In this document: one piece after another, positions 35,546 to 48,460 of the stretch
How the letters are laid out: each line of letters begins with the position of its first letter
Position numbering within the stretch: the stretch's first letter is position 1
NCBI RefSeq assembly: GCF_046119375.1
Contig: NW_027362768.1
Span: forward strand, 89,900,001 to 89,964,000
Source of the DNA: Phyllobates terribilis
Taxonomy: Eukaryota
Direction of reading: 5' to 3'
Length of the DNA stretch: 64,000 bases
Notes under the pieces: generated by a model
What the model was told of the DNA's origin: nothing
Databases searched by the model: none
Seen by the model: only the letters and a program-made list of their open reading frames with translations
Translations under genes and position numbers: made by a program

Positions 35546-37159
35546 CTGTGACTATCTTCTGTTCTCCCACCCAGGGGACTGCTTTGGGACGTCCCATGGT
35601 CCTGTGTCCCCCAATGAAACGATAGAGGGATTTTGGGTACTCACCGTAAAATCTCTTTCTTGGAGCCTTCATTGGGGGACACAGCACCCTCCCTATTTTT
35701 GGTCATATGTCCAGTTGGCCTTGTTGGGCATCTCCTTTAGTTTTCATGGTTGTGCCCCGTTGGGCATTGCATAGTGGTTATTTTATGCTTCTCCTACTGC
35801 TCTAGCCACTAACTGGTGAGCTTGGTGCCTGTAGGCGGGTGTATACTGCGGAGGAGGAGCTATTTTTCTTTTTTTGCCTAGTGTCAACCTCCTAGCGACA
35901 GCAGCATACACCCATGGTCCTGTGTCCCCCAATGAAGGCTCCAAGAAAGAGATTTTACGGTGAGTACCAAAAATCCCTCTTTCTTAATTAAAGGAGAGAG
36001 GTGCACGGTGCGCTCCTGATTAACAGCTTGGACCAGTGGCATGGTTGCATTCTGGTTTGAACTGTGCGTTCTCCATTGCTTCATGCAGAGAAAACCTTGC
36101 ATCTTCAGAGACGTGCAGGAGGACTGTGGCTGGCGAGATCCACTGATCTCTCCAGCTTCAGACTAGCACTTGCAGGATTTATAGAAAAGATCTTGTAAGC
36201 ACATGATCCTTGCCTACGAGACTAGCCACCACTTATAAAAGTGGTCGGTAACCTAGGCAACACACTTCAGAATCCCTCCATTATTGAACGGTTTTTACAA
36301 CCACCATGCAAATTTATTTTTTATTTATTTATTTTTTTTACAAGTTTTACTTCTTAATGAAGATGAGAACCTCTTTAAGGAACTCTCCAAGGAATAACCC
36401 AATGTAACAGATTTTCTTTCTGGAAGGCTCCTTTGAACACATTCAGCATCAGGACAGCCAGTACGATTTCTAAATAATAAATATTATGGGGTGAGCAAGT
36501 ACATTAGGAAATAATAAGCCTTGTGCTAGATAACTAATCAAATTTCTTTATTTTTTTTAAATACGGCCCTGATTGGTTTCTTTCGTCAGGTCTGATACAC
36601 TCAAAGCATTTTTTATACATTTTGCCAATATGTATTTCGGCAGGAACGTATTCTATAAACCCAAGAAATCATAAACCTTTTTAGTCTTTGTCTTTTACAG
36701 GATCTCCACAGCCAGATATAGAATTTTTTCTCAGTGCACCTTTATGTATGTGCCACCTATGTAATAAGCCAGAGCTGCATTCATAATTCTGCAGAAATCT
36801 GAGGGTTTGTTCACATTGAGCTTTTTGATGTGGACTTTGGAACAATTTGCACTCTTTTTAAGAATATGCTTCATATTTAGTTCCTTTCGGGGGAAAATGC
36901 TCCTAAAGTGCACATGGTGCTTTTCTTCCCACCCCTCCCATTTACTTGACTTCTTGGAAGTTTTATCTTTGCACCAGGTGTGTGCCAATAAGCATGAGGA
37001 TGTTCGATATCAATCTGCAGAATTGTGAATGCTGCTCTGAGTGATAATACTCGTTGTATAAAATAAGTGATGCTATGTATTTACAAAGAGAATCTATGAC
37101 CAATTGTGTACAATGGAGAAAATAATCTTTAATCCTTAATAGACTTTCCATTTCTCTAG

Positions 37160-37291
37160 GAAACGTTCCCTACGATGTGATAATGTTTGACGTAGACAGT
37201 AAAGATTCCAGCCTTGGTATGAGCTGCCCACCTCCTGCTTTTGTGGAGAAGAAGTTTTTGAAAAACGTCCAAAAGATCTTGAAGGATGATG
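37160..37291 (+). CDS. METTL13: METTL13 exon 7
   Basis: ttctctag|GAAAC...GATG|gtaaag, 132 nt; [26 protein letters not shown]. Confidence 0.96.
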
Positions 37292-38315
37292 GTAAAGAGC
37301 GAGAATCTCATTGCTTCTGTCCAGCTGTCTTCTCTTACTGCGCGTCTTAACTATAATGTCCATGTGTATGAGAAAACGTCAGTCTGGGGGCATTTACTGA
37401 GTTTGCTTCAGATGCACAAGTAGAAAAACCTACGGATTTTTTTTCCCTCTTACTACCCTCTGTAAATATTCATTCTACTGTTCTGTAGTTCTGAAGTTGG
37501 TCACGTATGCATTTCGGGATTATAGGGGGGTTGCACATATGTCACTGCATCCTATACGTTATAGCAGTTCAAGTTGAAACCTGTGGGATACACAGATGGG
37601 ACATTAAATTGGAGGTGCTGTCTCCAGGTCAAAAGTCCCTGCTGATACCCCTGGAGTCTTCTGTTGAGTGGTGTTCGTTTTTTTGTTTTAAATCTGCCAT
37701 GCGCTTTAAGAGATATGGGCCTTTATATTTAGTGCTAATTTTTATGCTCTTTACCAAGAGGGCGTGGCTCACAGGGTAATTATGCAGAGTAGCCTAAAGA
37801 CACGCCCCAGAGGATTCTGTGAGCCATGCCTAGTTAGCAGTCAATGAAAAGCCAAAATCTCTGGATCTGTATAACGGTCTTAAAAACCAGGCTGAATACT
37901 CAGGGGAGCAGAGGGAATAAAACAAGAGCAAAAACGGGACACTTTTGTCCTTATAACAGGTTTTGTTTCTTATATTTTCTTTACTCAAATTCCCATCGTA
38001 GCAAACCTAAATGTGATGGTTAGGGCTTCCATGAGGATAAGGCTGGTCACACTATGCTAGACACCTTCTGAGCCAGTTTTCCAGCAATGGTGGACATATT
38101 TGTCATCTGCTATCTCACAGCGGAGAAATATGGTCAAAGTGGCGGTGTCGTATGAGAATCTTTGCTGCCATAATAAATATGGAGAGGCGTACACCTCTCA
38201 ATAAATCAGGAGCGTTTGGTCCAACACGACCACTCATCAAGGCCGGTGAGAAAATCAATGATGAATCACCCTCTTGGATTTTATGCTTCAAAAATTCAGC
38301 AACAAGGCTCCGAGG

Positions 38316-38514
38316 CTGGCACGCTTGCATTATGCCTGTTCTGGCACGCTTGCATTATGCCTGTTCTGGCACGCTTGCATTATGCCTGTTCTGGCACGCT
38401 TGCATTATGCCTGTTCTGGCACGCTTGCATTATGCCTGTTCTGGCCCGCTTGCATTATGCCTGTTCTGGCCCGCTTGCATTATGCCTGTTCTGGCCCGCT
38501 TGCATTATGCCTGT
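38316..38514. repeat. 25-bp minisatellite, 8 copies, in METTL13 intron 7
   Basis: Unit CTGGC(A/C)CGCTTGCATTATGCCTGTT, starting every 25 nt from 38316. Confidence 0.95.
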
Positions 38515-39140
38515 CTTGCTGGAGTACAAGATGCTGAATTCATTAAGAGGCACACGACACTTAATGAATTCGGGGCGTTTTCTGAGTGGCATGCGCCTCC
38601 ACGTCAGGGACTGAAGTAGCATTTTTGGTGTACAAAACGTCAGCACTTTTAATGAATAGGATGGGCGAGCGTGGTCACGCCCCATCCAGCCCTGGCATCT
38701 TCCCAGCTTCATCCATTTTGGCGTAGCTGATTCAAACTGATGAATGCCAAAAGTAGCAATTTTTGCGCCACTACACATCGTGCAAAAAATGTTGTGACTT
38801 TTCAAAGCTTTTGCAACAGTTTCCTGGCATAAAAGCTTTGGCGAATCGGCCCTATAGTGTGCACATACCCTAAGGGCGCATTCAGACATCTATGCAAATT
38901 GGTCTGATCTTGGAGCGATTTGCACGGGCTTCTGAATGTGCCATAATCGTGAATGGCTCTATTGGAGTCATGCTTCTCAAAGATTCCTAAAGAAACCTCG
39001 ACACTGTGCTCAGCGGAGAGCACTGTATAACTGTATATTTGTGAACGTAGCATAAACATGGAGCTTTTTGGTAGAGTTATTGCCCAGTAATAATCTGACT
39101 ACTTGTGCAACTTCTAAAGTTGTCTTCTTTCCTTTTTTAG

Positions 39141-39415
39141 GAATCTTTATTCTAAACCTAGTGTGCCGTGACCCCGTGTTAAAGAAGACGGTGATAAATA
39201 CTATTCATGAGGTTTTCCCTCTGATTTATGTGCAAAAGATTGAGGATGAAGTGAATGAAATCCTTTTTTGCCGTCCTGTTTCTGGCCAAAGTTGTGACCT
39301 CTCTGATCTTAAGGAGTCTGCAAGAAGCTTGGAGAAACAGTTGAGGAGACCAGGGATGTTGTGGGATGAAACCTTTGTCCTTGCCAACATGCTTAAATCA
39401 GTCCAGATTGTGTGA
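39141..39415 (+). CDS. METTL13: METTL13 exon 8 (last coding exon)
   Basis: ttttttag|GAATC...GTG TGA; IFILNLVCRD...IEDEVNEILFC...VQIV-stop. The spliced CDS totals 2085 nt. Confidence 0.96.
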
Positions 39416-39512
39416 AGAAATCGTTATTGGCCTCCTTGGCAAAGAATTCTTGGAGAAAATACATTTTATGGATATGGACACAAGAACAGCAATGTATAGA
39501 ATACCAATTTTA

Positions 39513-39518
39513 ATTAAA
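39513..39518 (+). terminator. Candidate METTL13 poly(A) signal ATTAAA
   Basis: First canonical-type hexamer after the stop codon; another ATTAAA lies near 39741. Unverified. Confidence 0.3.
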
Positions 39519-41699
39519 AAAAATAGTCACTCTTATAAGATACTGTTCTTATATTTTTATGTTTTAAAGATACATTTTCTCTTCTTAGTGGCATCTATTT
39601 AAAAAAAAAATAGTACACTGGTAATCTCATCTGTTCTGGATCTCATCTCCTGGTCCAAGTAGAAAGCAGCCATAAAGCACCTCTCAGCTGGGAGGACACC
39701 TTGCAATGCTTGATTTTCTCTGTGGTGGCGCTGCAGGAAGATTAAAGACTTGCTGCTAGTTTTCCCTATTGATTACAGCGGGCTATTGTGGCGCCCAGCA
39801 CATGGACACAAGCTTATTTTCAAAGGACCCTTCCAACAAGTAGGGATCGTCCAATGTGAATCAGTAGGCATACTGGTTACGTCTCGTATGCAATTCCCAA
39901 TGTCGAGATGCAATGTATGGTGTCCATCCTGCAATGTGGCGCCTGTAAAAATATATTCTTCCTCTTTCCTGTTTCCTTGCCTCTTTCATGTTTTATTTTG
40001 TAATAGTGCTTACTTATAGTTTATTTTTTTCTGATATTGATAAGACCGAAAATAACTCCTAATTCACCGACACTTGTCAGGTTGCTTCTCTGTCACAAAC
40101 AATGGGGGCCGGCTGCGCTGGGGTAACCTATAGGTTCAGTACTGGACCTGGGTGTTCCTGACTACAGTCACATACAAATACTGTATCCGAGATAACAAGG
40201 AATCCAGAAGTGACCATACAGATCAGTTATCACAATCGTATTGTTGGGGTATGTGCAGACGGTCGGTATTGACAGCGCTTTGAACTCGGTATACTTTATG
40301 CTGCGTCCAAAGGGCTGCACGCAGGTGACTCCGCATGTGTTCATTGAACCATGCGGATTCAATGCATCCTATACGTTACAATGATCTAATTTCTCTTTCG
40401 GAGGCTAGCATCTCTGCAAGAGAAATTGACATGCTGCGGTCTGTAAATACGTGCCACATGTTCATGTCTGAGGGTGATCTGCAGGTGCACGGAGACGCAT
40501 AGTGGGCATGGGATTTCTACAAATCTCATCCACTATGCTGTAACATCTGGCCACCGCGTCCAATCCGCAGTGATTACTGATCGTGTGCACACACCCTTAG
40601 AGCACCACTCGCTAGTCCAGCATTTTTTTATTTGACCACTAGTCACTAATATCTGGGACCTTGCCTCTAGTAATATACTTATCAGCTCTTCCTGGTCCCA
40701 CACAACGTCTTCTATCTGCAGCTTCAAATTGACCGGCAGTCAAAGAGAATGGTCTGTGTAACTCTGAGATCCTCGTTTTGGACTCATAGACTTACAGTGA
40801 GAACTGACCCTCGGCTCGCCCAACAAATGCTGGAGTGATCCGACAGGTCCCAACCTGCAAAACACCGACTGGAGCGGTGCTGATAACAGAAGAAGACAGC
40901 GGCTGGTAAATATTTTACCAGGGGCAGGGAACATGCACTAGTGATACCACTCCGGCAGTGAAATAGAAAAAAAAAAATGTTGCAGTGGTGCTTATAACAT
41001 TCAATTCTGGGAATTTCCATTTATCCCCCCTAGCTATTAGGACCCTTATTGATCTCAAGAACAGAGCTAAGGTCATGAGATCCAGGTTCTCCAGAGTCCC
41101 AGGTTCTCCAGAGTCCCATCTTGAATGGGGTGTACTGTATGTCTAAGGCACAACTAGAAATTGCTGAATGTCATAGTTGGCTTTCTCTGACCACTCAATA
41201 AACAGTGAATGGAAGTTGAGCCATCATTAAAGGGGTATTCCCATCTCCAAGATCCTATCCTATTATGCAGTAGGTGTAATAATAATAATATTAGCAAATA
41301 CCTCCAATTACAAAATGTAGTATAATTCTTCTGATTCGCTATGTCGCTTACCCCATGTGCTGGCATTGCAGGACCTTAGGTATCCATGGTTATGACCACT
41401 AGCAACTAGCTAACTAACTGTCACTATATCAGTGGTTGTAACCATGGATACCTAAGGTCCTGCAAATGGGGTAAGCGATCTAGGGGATGACTTTTGATTC
41501 TGGGAATACTTCTTTATCTCCTTCCCAATGTATGATGTAATAATACGGATCTTATAGTTCGGGCTATGGTGGGGTCCTCATGTATGCAACGGGTTCAGGA
41601 GCTGAGTCCACACCGTACCTGACACATGCCAGCTGTGTTACACTGTCGGCAACGACCTATAATAAATCCAAGATAGCAAAATATTTGGTGAGCAGATGT

Positions 41700-42144
41700 C
41701 CCTTATTATATATAAAACCTATAAATGTGACTCATGGTCAATAATATAAAAAACTAATTTATTGAAATATTCCATTAAAAACACGTAAGAGACAATTATA
41801 CAAAGAGGAAAAAAGTAAACAGAAAATGGGCATCTGAGGGTAGATAGAAGCATAAATCAATATTTGAGACCATATATAGGAACACAATGACCATAGCCAG
41901 CCTAAAAATATGATAGTAAAGACACATATGGGAAAGTTCATTTAAATAAAGTGCAATGTGCAACAAAGATATCCCAAGTGAGTAAATACATAGCTACTAA
42001 AAGGTCAATAAGTAAATAAATAGGAAGGCAGTACATAGGTCAGAGGTTCTAAAAAAGAAACGTAGAAGTATATAATGAACTACCTGAAAGTCCCTCAGAG
42101 TCCACACAGGTCCGACGCGCGTTTCGCCGTAGGCTTTTACCAGG
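41700..42144 (-). mobile_element. Penelope-like tail remnant with a decayed hammerhead motif
   Basis: AT-rich tail ending in GACGCGCGTTTCGCCGTAGGCTTTTACCAGG. Left boundary approximate. Confidence 0.45.
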
Positions 42145-42149
42145 TAAAA

Positions 42150-43345
42150 TACATAATACAAATTCTAAGTAAGGAAAAACGAGTGGCCATCATTACTTTA
42201 AGAAATGAAGGTCAGTAAGTCCGAAAAATTGGGAAAACTTTGAAAGTGTCCCCAAGTGCAGTTGCAAAAACCATCAAGCGCTACAAAGAAACTGGCTCAC
42301 ATGAGGACTGCCCCAGGAAAGGAAGACCAAGAGTCACCTCTGCTTCTGAGGATAAGTTTATCCGAGTCACCAGCCTCAGAAATTGCAGGTTAACAGCAGC
42401 TCAGCTTAGAAACCAGGTAAATGCCACACAGAGTTCTAGCAGCAGACACATCTCTTCAACAACTGTTAAGAGGAGACTTTGTGCAGCAGGCCTTCATGGT
42501 AAAATAGCTTCTAGGAAACCACTGCTAAGGACACGCAACAAGCAGAAGAGACTTGTTTGGGCTAAAGAATACAAGGAATGGACATTAGACCAGTGGAAAT
42601 CTGTGCTTTGGTCTGATGAGTCCAAATTTGAGATCTTTGGTTCCAACCACCGTGTCTTTGTACGACGCAGAAAAGGTGAACGGATGGACTCTACATGCCT
42701 GGTTCCCACCGTGAAGCATGGAGGAGGAGGTGTGATGGTGTGGGGGTGCTTTGCTGGTGACACTGTTGGGGATTTATTCAAAATTGAAGGCATACTGAAC
42801 CAGCATGGCTACCACAGCATCTTGCAGCGGCATGCTATTCCATCCGGTTTGCGTTTAGTTGGACCATCATTTATTTTTCAACAGGACAATGACCCCAAAC
42901 ACACCTCCAGGCTGTGTAAGGGCTATTTGACCAAGAAGGAGAGTGATGGGGTGCTACGCCAGATGACCTGGCCTCAACAGTCAACAGACCTGAACCCAAT
43001 CGAGATGGTTTGGGGTGAGCTGGACCGCAGAGTGAAGGCAAAAGGGCCAACAAGTGCTAAGCATCTCTGGGAACTCCTTCAAGATTGTTGGAAGACCATT
43101 TCCAGTGACTACCTCTTGAAACTCATCAAGAGAATGCCAAGAGTGTGCAAAGCAGTTATCAAAGCAAAAGGTGGCTACTTTGAAGAACCTAGAATATAAG
43201 ACATATTTTCAGTTGTTTCACACTTTTTTGTTAAGTATATAATTCCACATGTGTTAATTCATAGTTTTGATGCCTTCAGTGTGAATGTACAACTTTCATA
43301 GTCATGAAAATACAGAAATATCTTTAAATGAGAAGGTGTGTCCAA
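42150..43345 (+). mobile_element. DD38E (Intruder-type) Tc1 transposon, 5'-truncated, right TIR runs into the gap
   Basis: Transposase ORF followed by the same TIR family seen at 16954 and 20089. Confidence 0.9.
42240..43199 (+). pseudogene. DD38E transposase, 319 aa open stretch
   Basis: GRPR, WSDESKF, QQD-x38-E (counted by hand). The upstream frame KEKRVAIITLRNEGQ is cut by an in-frame TAA at 42216-42218. Confidence 0.88.
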
Positions 43346-43541
43346 NNNNNNNNNNNNNNNNNNNNNNNNNNNNNNNNNNNNNNNNNNNNNNNNNNNNNNN
43401 NNNNNNNNNNNNNNNNNNNNNNNNNNNNNNNNNNNNNNNNNNNNNNNNNNNNNNNNNNNNNNNNNNNNNNNNNNNNNNNNNNNNNNNNNNNNNNNNNNNN
43501 NNNNNNNNNNNNNNNNNNNNNNNNNNNNNNNNNNNNNNNNN
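43346..43541. other. Assembly gap (196 N)
   Basis: Run of N; adjacency across the gap is not guaranteed. Confidence 0.99.
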
Positions 43542-43553
43542 TTCCCTCATTAA

Positions 43554-44029
43554 AGAAAGTTGTGCACTACTTTAGACTACCCCCCAATGTAATTACCTTA
43601 CGTTGCTGATAGAGCCGCTCACAGACATCACGTGACCCCCCGCTGACGTCATGACAAGTGAGGCGTGACTCAGTGCTGGGGTCCCTGCGGTGGCTGCTGG
43701 GTTATGAGCGGGGTTATTCCCCCCACCCACCCACGGGGGGAGGCAGAGCATGCGGTGGATGCCGGGTGTGATGCGGGGGTAACCCCGCCCACAGCCTGGC
43801 AGCCAACGGTGGAACGCGGAAGAGGGACCCCCGGCTGCTGCCAGCACTTGTCGTGATATCAGCGGATGTCAGAGCCGGCTGCAGCCGGGGGTCACGTGAT
43901 GCCTGTGAGCGGCCAGTGATAGCGCCTCTCACAGGCAGTAACTGCAACATAAGGTATTTACAAAAAGTCTTAGGGGCCCTGGGGAGATACATTGGGTGGG
44001 GGGTAGTCTAAAGTAGTGGACAACCACTT
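43554..44029. mobile_element. T2/Kolobok-like MITE
   Basis: TTAA flanks at 43550-43553 and 44030-44033; TIRs AGAAAGTTGTGCACTACTTTAGACTACCCCCC / GGGGGTAGTCTAAAGTAGTGGACAACCACTT; quasi-palindromic interior. Confidence 0.85.
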
Positions 44030-44639
44030 TTAAAAAAAAAAAAAAAAAAAGATTAAACTCCAAAGTTGTAGATTTTCAGGTGCCGCACTTCACTAAAGAA
44101 AATGCCATAAAAAAATATTTACCCCCGAATGGTAACACTAAAAAGGTCGCCATCCCAAAAAAAAGTTCTCACACGGCTCCTCTAACGCAGAAATAAAAAA
44201 GGTTATGGGCGGCACAAACCCCAATTTTTTTTATTTTAGAAATTTCCAAGTTTTTTTATTTTTTTACTTTTTATATAGAAAAAAAAATGTCTATACAAGT
44301 TTTGATTTAGGCATTTTCACCTCACAATGAACACAAGAAAAACAATGGCAGAATTGTCCTTCAGAACTACAGCTCGTCCTGCAACAAGCCCTTCATGTAG
44401 CTACATTGATGGAAACATTAAAACGTTATGTCTCTCTGAAGAAGGAGAGGTCATTTAACACCATTTGTGCAGAGGACATTTTATGGAATGTGAATGTGAC
44501 TTAATTTTACTGACCTTTCAATAGGGAAATAAGTAGGAATGTCATCTAGTACATATAGGCCAGAGCGGTGTTCTCTACTTAATAGCCCGAAAGCTCCACG
44601 TAATCCTCTGTTGAAGGCTCTCTGTTATTTAATGTCTAG

Positions 44640-44901
44640 GTTACTACTGTTGTGCACCGGTGACATGCATTGTTAAGTTTTTGTCGCTCCGTGAACATGA
44701 TTTGCGACTGTTTGACAGCCTTAATACATGTGAGGAATGCCTGTTTTTCCAGCATTCCTCACATGTATTAATGCTGTCAAACAGTCGCAAATCATGTTCA
44801 TGGAGCGAGGAAAACGTAACCCCCGAGCACGCTGAAGATAATAGGTGCTTGCCCGAGCATACTCGTAAATCTCGAGCAATGAGCATGCTCTATCATCACT
44901 A
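44640..44901. mobile_element. hAT-type MITE remnant related to 24135-24433
   Basis: Shared hairpin core GACTGTTTGACAGC..TTAATACATGTGAGGA and right end CATCACTA. Confidence 0.65.
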
Positions 44902-47900
44902 ATTGCAAATACTGGAGCGCTTGGCCAATTGAGGGCTATTGTGTATGAGGGAGTTTGGGGACATAACTGTTGGCAGAACCATTGTTCGTCCATTAGCTGT
45001 CTGAAGTTTATGGGGGCTTAATATTTTGATGATCTATCTTTGTGATAGGTCATCAATATTACATTGGTGTGTGTCTGTCACCCAATACTCCTACTGTGCC
45101 ATAGCCACTGGAAATTCAGTGTATGGCGTTTCACTACTGTGTTGTGGCCATTCTTCTGTACTGCAGCTCATTCTCCTCTCGCGTCAATAACCAATGCACA
45201 GAGGTCTAACCTGGAAACTTTCAACTCCCCTCCGTGACTTTCTTGGCAGGGATTGTGTTTCACATGCTAGACAGCAGATAGTGTTGTGTCCAGCGAGTAG
45301 TAGAATAGGACACCAAGGAAGACCTGTGCAGTGTGTGAGTAACTAGAGCACTGATTTAAACTTTATAATTGAGGGACATTCAGGCAGCAGTAAATGTATT
45401 ATGCATCTGTCTGCTCTAGTGCCAGGCTCTGCTCCCTTTACACATGCAGTGCTCCTGGCCGAGTTTCAGTAACACTATCAACCAATGCCTTTTAAAATTG
45501 CCCCGGACACTCATTTGTGTCACTATATTGAGTAAGCTTTATGTTCAGTTACTGTGTGCTTTGGAGCTTGCCACCTGCAATCATCTCTCCAAAGTCCTGT
45601 GATTTCTACATCAAGCGTCTACTTCGTAGTTCAGACCTGCTGATTAACCTTTCGCCTACTGTAAGCGTAGCAAATTGTTTTCTGGACTTGTTCACATTAC
45701 CATGCTCCTGCATCTCTTGTAACTACAAACAAACTTGCCTGTTCCAGCCAGCGGCAGTGAATTCATTGTTTGTTGATTAAACCTTTGTCTGCTGTAAGGT
45801 TAAGGTTGCACAATGACATGTCATGCTACACTGAAACCGCAGTGGCGCATAGCGATATTGCATCTAATGATATTCTATGGTGTCGCATTTCACACTGCGA
45901 CCTCCTGTGACTGACACAAATATTCCCAAATGAGTTAGATTTTCTGTCACTGCAAGTCACATGTGACACAATTGCAACAGACTGCAATGCAAGGCACATG
46001 TGACTTGTGTGTAACTTGGCTGTTTCATTTACTGCACAGTCAGAGCTCTAAAATGTTTTTGTCACATGTCTTTTCAGAGAATGGTTGTCACATGTCGCAA
46101 TGTAGCCCTTGACTTCTAAACTTTTCTTAGGACTTATTTACATTGCAAATGCTGCAGCTAGTCATGGACTGTTCATACATCTTCAGTTCCTGTGTGTATC
46201 ACTCCTGGCTCTGAATCTTCTGGTGTGTCCTGTTCCGTGTGTCTGCCTTCTGTTCTGGTCATCACTGTTCTGTTTGCATCCAGCAAGTCCAGTCTGCTGT
46301 TCCATTGGCTTCGGTCCGTGTTGTCCACCTTGACCTGCAGCTTAGAGAATCCACCTCACCGGGTGAGCCCATAACAATCTGAGAGAGAGGACAAGAATCA
46401 TGGTAACTGTACTCTTTAACTTTGGGCGTTCCACCCTAAGAAAGCCCTAGTAGCATCAAAACAAATGTGCAGCACGTAGTTGAGCAAGATCATGAAGATT
46501 AATAATTCCTGTAATGGCATTATTTGTTGAATATTCAGACAAATTTAGCTACAGTGAGATTCACTTGAAAGAGGCCCCGAATATTCTGTAATTACTCTCG
46601 CTAAGACGAAGCAACGTGCTATGTGAGCCTTAGCAAATGGGGCGTCAAACAAGCCAGGATGCCCCCGCGTTCTTGCACTGTGGAAGATTTGAAGGAAAAT
46701 GTCTAATGTGGAATTGCTGCTATTCCCCTTTTCTCTCTCTCAATGTCAAGCCGGAGCAAGGAAATGCCTGGTGTGCGGCGCAAAAGAGGAAAAGAAAATT
46801 AAAGGTGCCCTGACGATAGGGAAAGGGTAGAGGGGAGACCCTTTAAACACTCACCTGAGACTGCACCCTTTTTCCCTATCGTCCCTAGATGGGGCCTTAA
46901 CCACGTGCGAGCAGTTACGTGCCTAAGCCCTGGCTGACCCTGAGCTAGCCCTAACTAGTGAGTAGGGGCAGCAAGACACTAATCTCACTCCTGAAGTAAG
47001 GAAACACATGGGGCGAGACAAACTGGGAGAAATCAAACAACAACTGGAACTCCACAGCTTAAACTGTTACAACTTCTCTAGGGAGGACAGCATAGAAAAC
47101 CTATAACTGGCACAGGAGGGAGCTAGGAGTGAGTTTAAATAATGGACGGGAGTGAATCAAAATGCAGCAGCTGAGATTAGAGCCATATGGAATCCCAGCA
47201 GGATCAAAAATGAACTCTTAACCCCTTCCCCACCAAGTGAAAATCAATCCGATTCACTCAAGTTAAAGGCCGAGTAGACTCCATAGAGGACCTCTGATCT
47301 TCCAATCGCTGCGACCTTCTGATCCCAGATTCCCCAAAGGTCTCAGCAGGATGCAGCACATTTCTAACACCAAATCCCCTGATACAATTAGGAACGTGGA
47401 GTGTCATATTGAAATACAGGTGCATCTCACTAAATTAGAATATCATCAAAAAGTTAATTTATTTCAGTTCTTCAATACAAAAAGTGAAACTCATATATTA
47501 TATAGAGTCATTACAAACAGTGATCTATTTCAAGTGTTTATTTCTGTTAATGTTGATGATTATGGCTTACAGCCAATGAAAACACAAAAGTCATTATCTC
47601 AGTAAATTAGAATACTTAACAACAGCTTGAAAAATGTTTTTAAAATCCGAAATGTTGGCCTACTGAAATGTATGTTCAGTAAATGCCCTCAATACTTGGT
47701 CAGGGCTCCTTTTGCATCAATTACTGCATCAATGCGGCGTGGCATGGAGGCGATCAGCCTATGGCACTGCTGAGGTGTTATGGAAGCCCAGGTTGCTTTG
47801 GCTTCAAGCCTTCAGCTCGTCTGCATTGTTGGGTCTGGTGTCTCTCATCTTCCTCTTGACAATACCCCATAGATTCTCTATGGGGTTAAGGTCAGGTGAG

Positions 47901-48460
47901 TTTGCTGGCCAATCAAGCACTGTGATACTGTTGTTTATAAACCAGGTATTGGTACTTTTGGCAGTGTGGACAGGCGCCAAGTCCTGCTGGAGAATGAAAT
48001 TTCCATCACCAAAAAGCTTGTCGGCAGAGGGAAGCATGAAGTGCTCTAAAATTTCCTGGTAGACGGCTGCGCTGACTTTGGTCTTGATAAAACACAGTGG
48101 ACCTACACCAGCAGATAACATGGCTCCCCAAAACCATCACTGACTGTGGAAACTTCACACTAAACGTCAAGCAGCTTGGATTGTGGCCTCTCCATTCTTC
48201 CTCCAGACTCTGGGACCTTGTGGAGTATGTCAATGGCTGCCTTCTGGACATCTGTCAAGTCAGCAATCTTCCCCATGCTTGTGGAGCCTACGGAAACAGA
48301 CTAAGGGGCCTTTTTAAACACTTAGGAAGCCTTTGCAGGTGTTTTTTTGTTAATTAATCTAATTTACTGAGATAATGACTTTGTGCTTTCATTGGCTGTA
48401 AGCCATAATCATCAACATTAACAGAAATCAACACTTGAAATAGATCACTCTATTTATAAT

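Larger units (their letters stand above)
27256..35982 (+). mobile_element. DIRS1-like tyrosine-recombinase retrotransposon in METTL13 intron 6
   Basis: 124-bp inverted terminal repeats at 27265-27388 and 35814-35937 (2 mismatches seen); internal complementary region at 35593-35684; gag, RT/RNase H/MT and YR ORFs in the expected order. Confidence 0.95.

Noticed and set aside
1039-38514. CRISPR-like arrays (28, 81 and 25 bp repeats)
   Set aside because: Units are contiguous with no unique spacers, there are no cas genes, and the context is eukaryotic.
43285-43609. ORFs spanning the N run
   Set aside because: Artefacts of the assembly gap.
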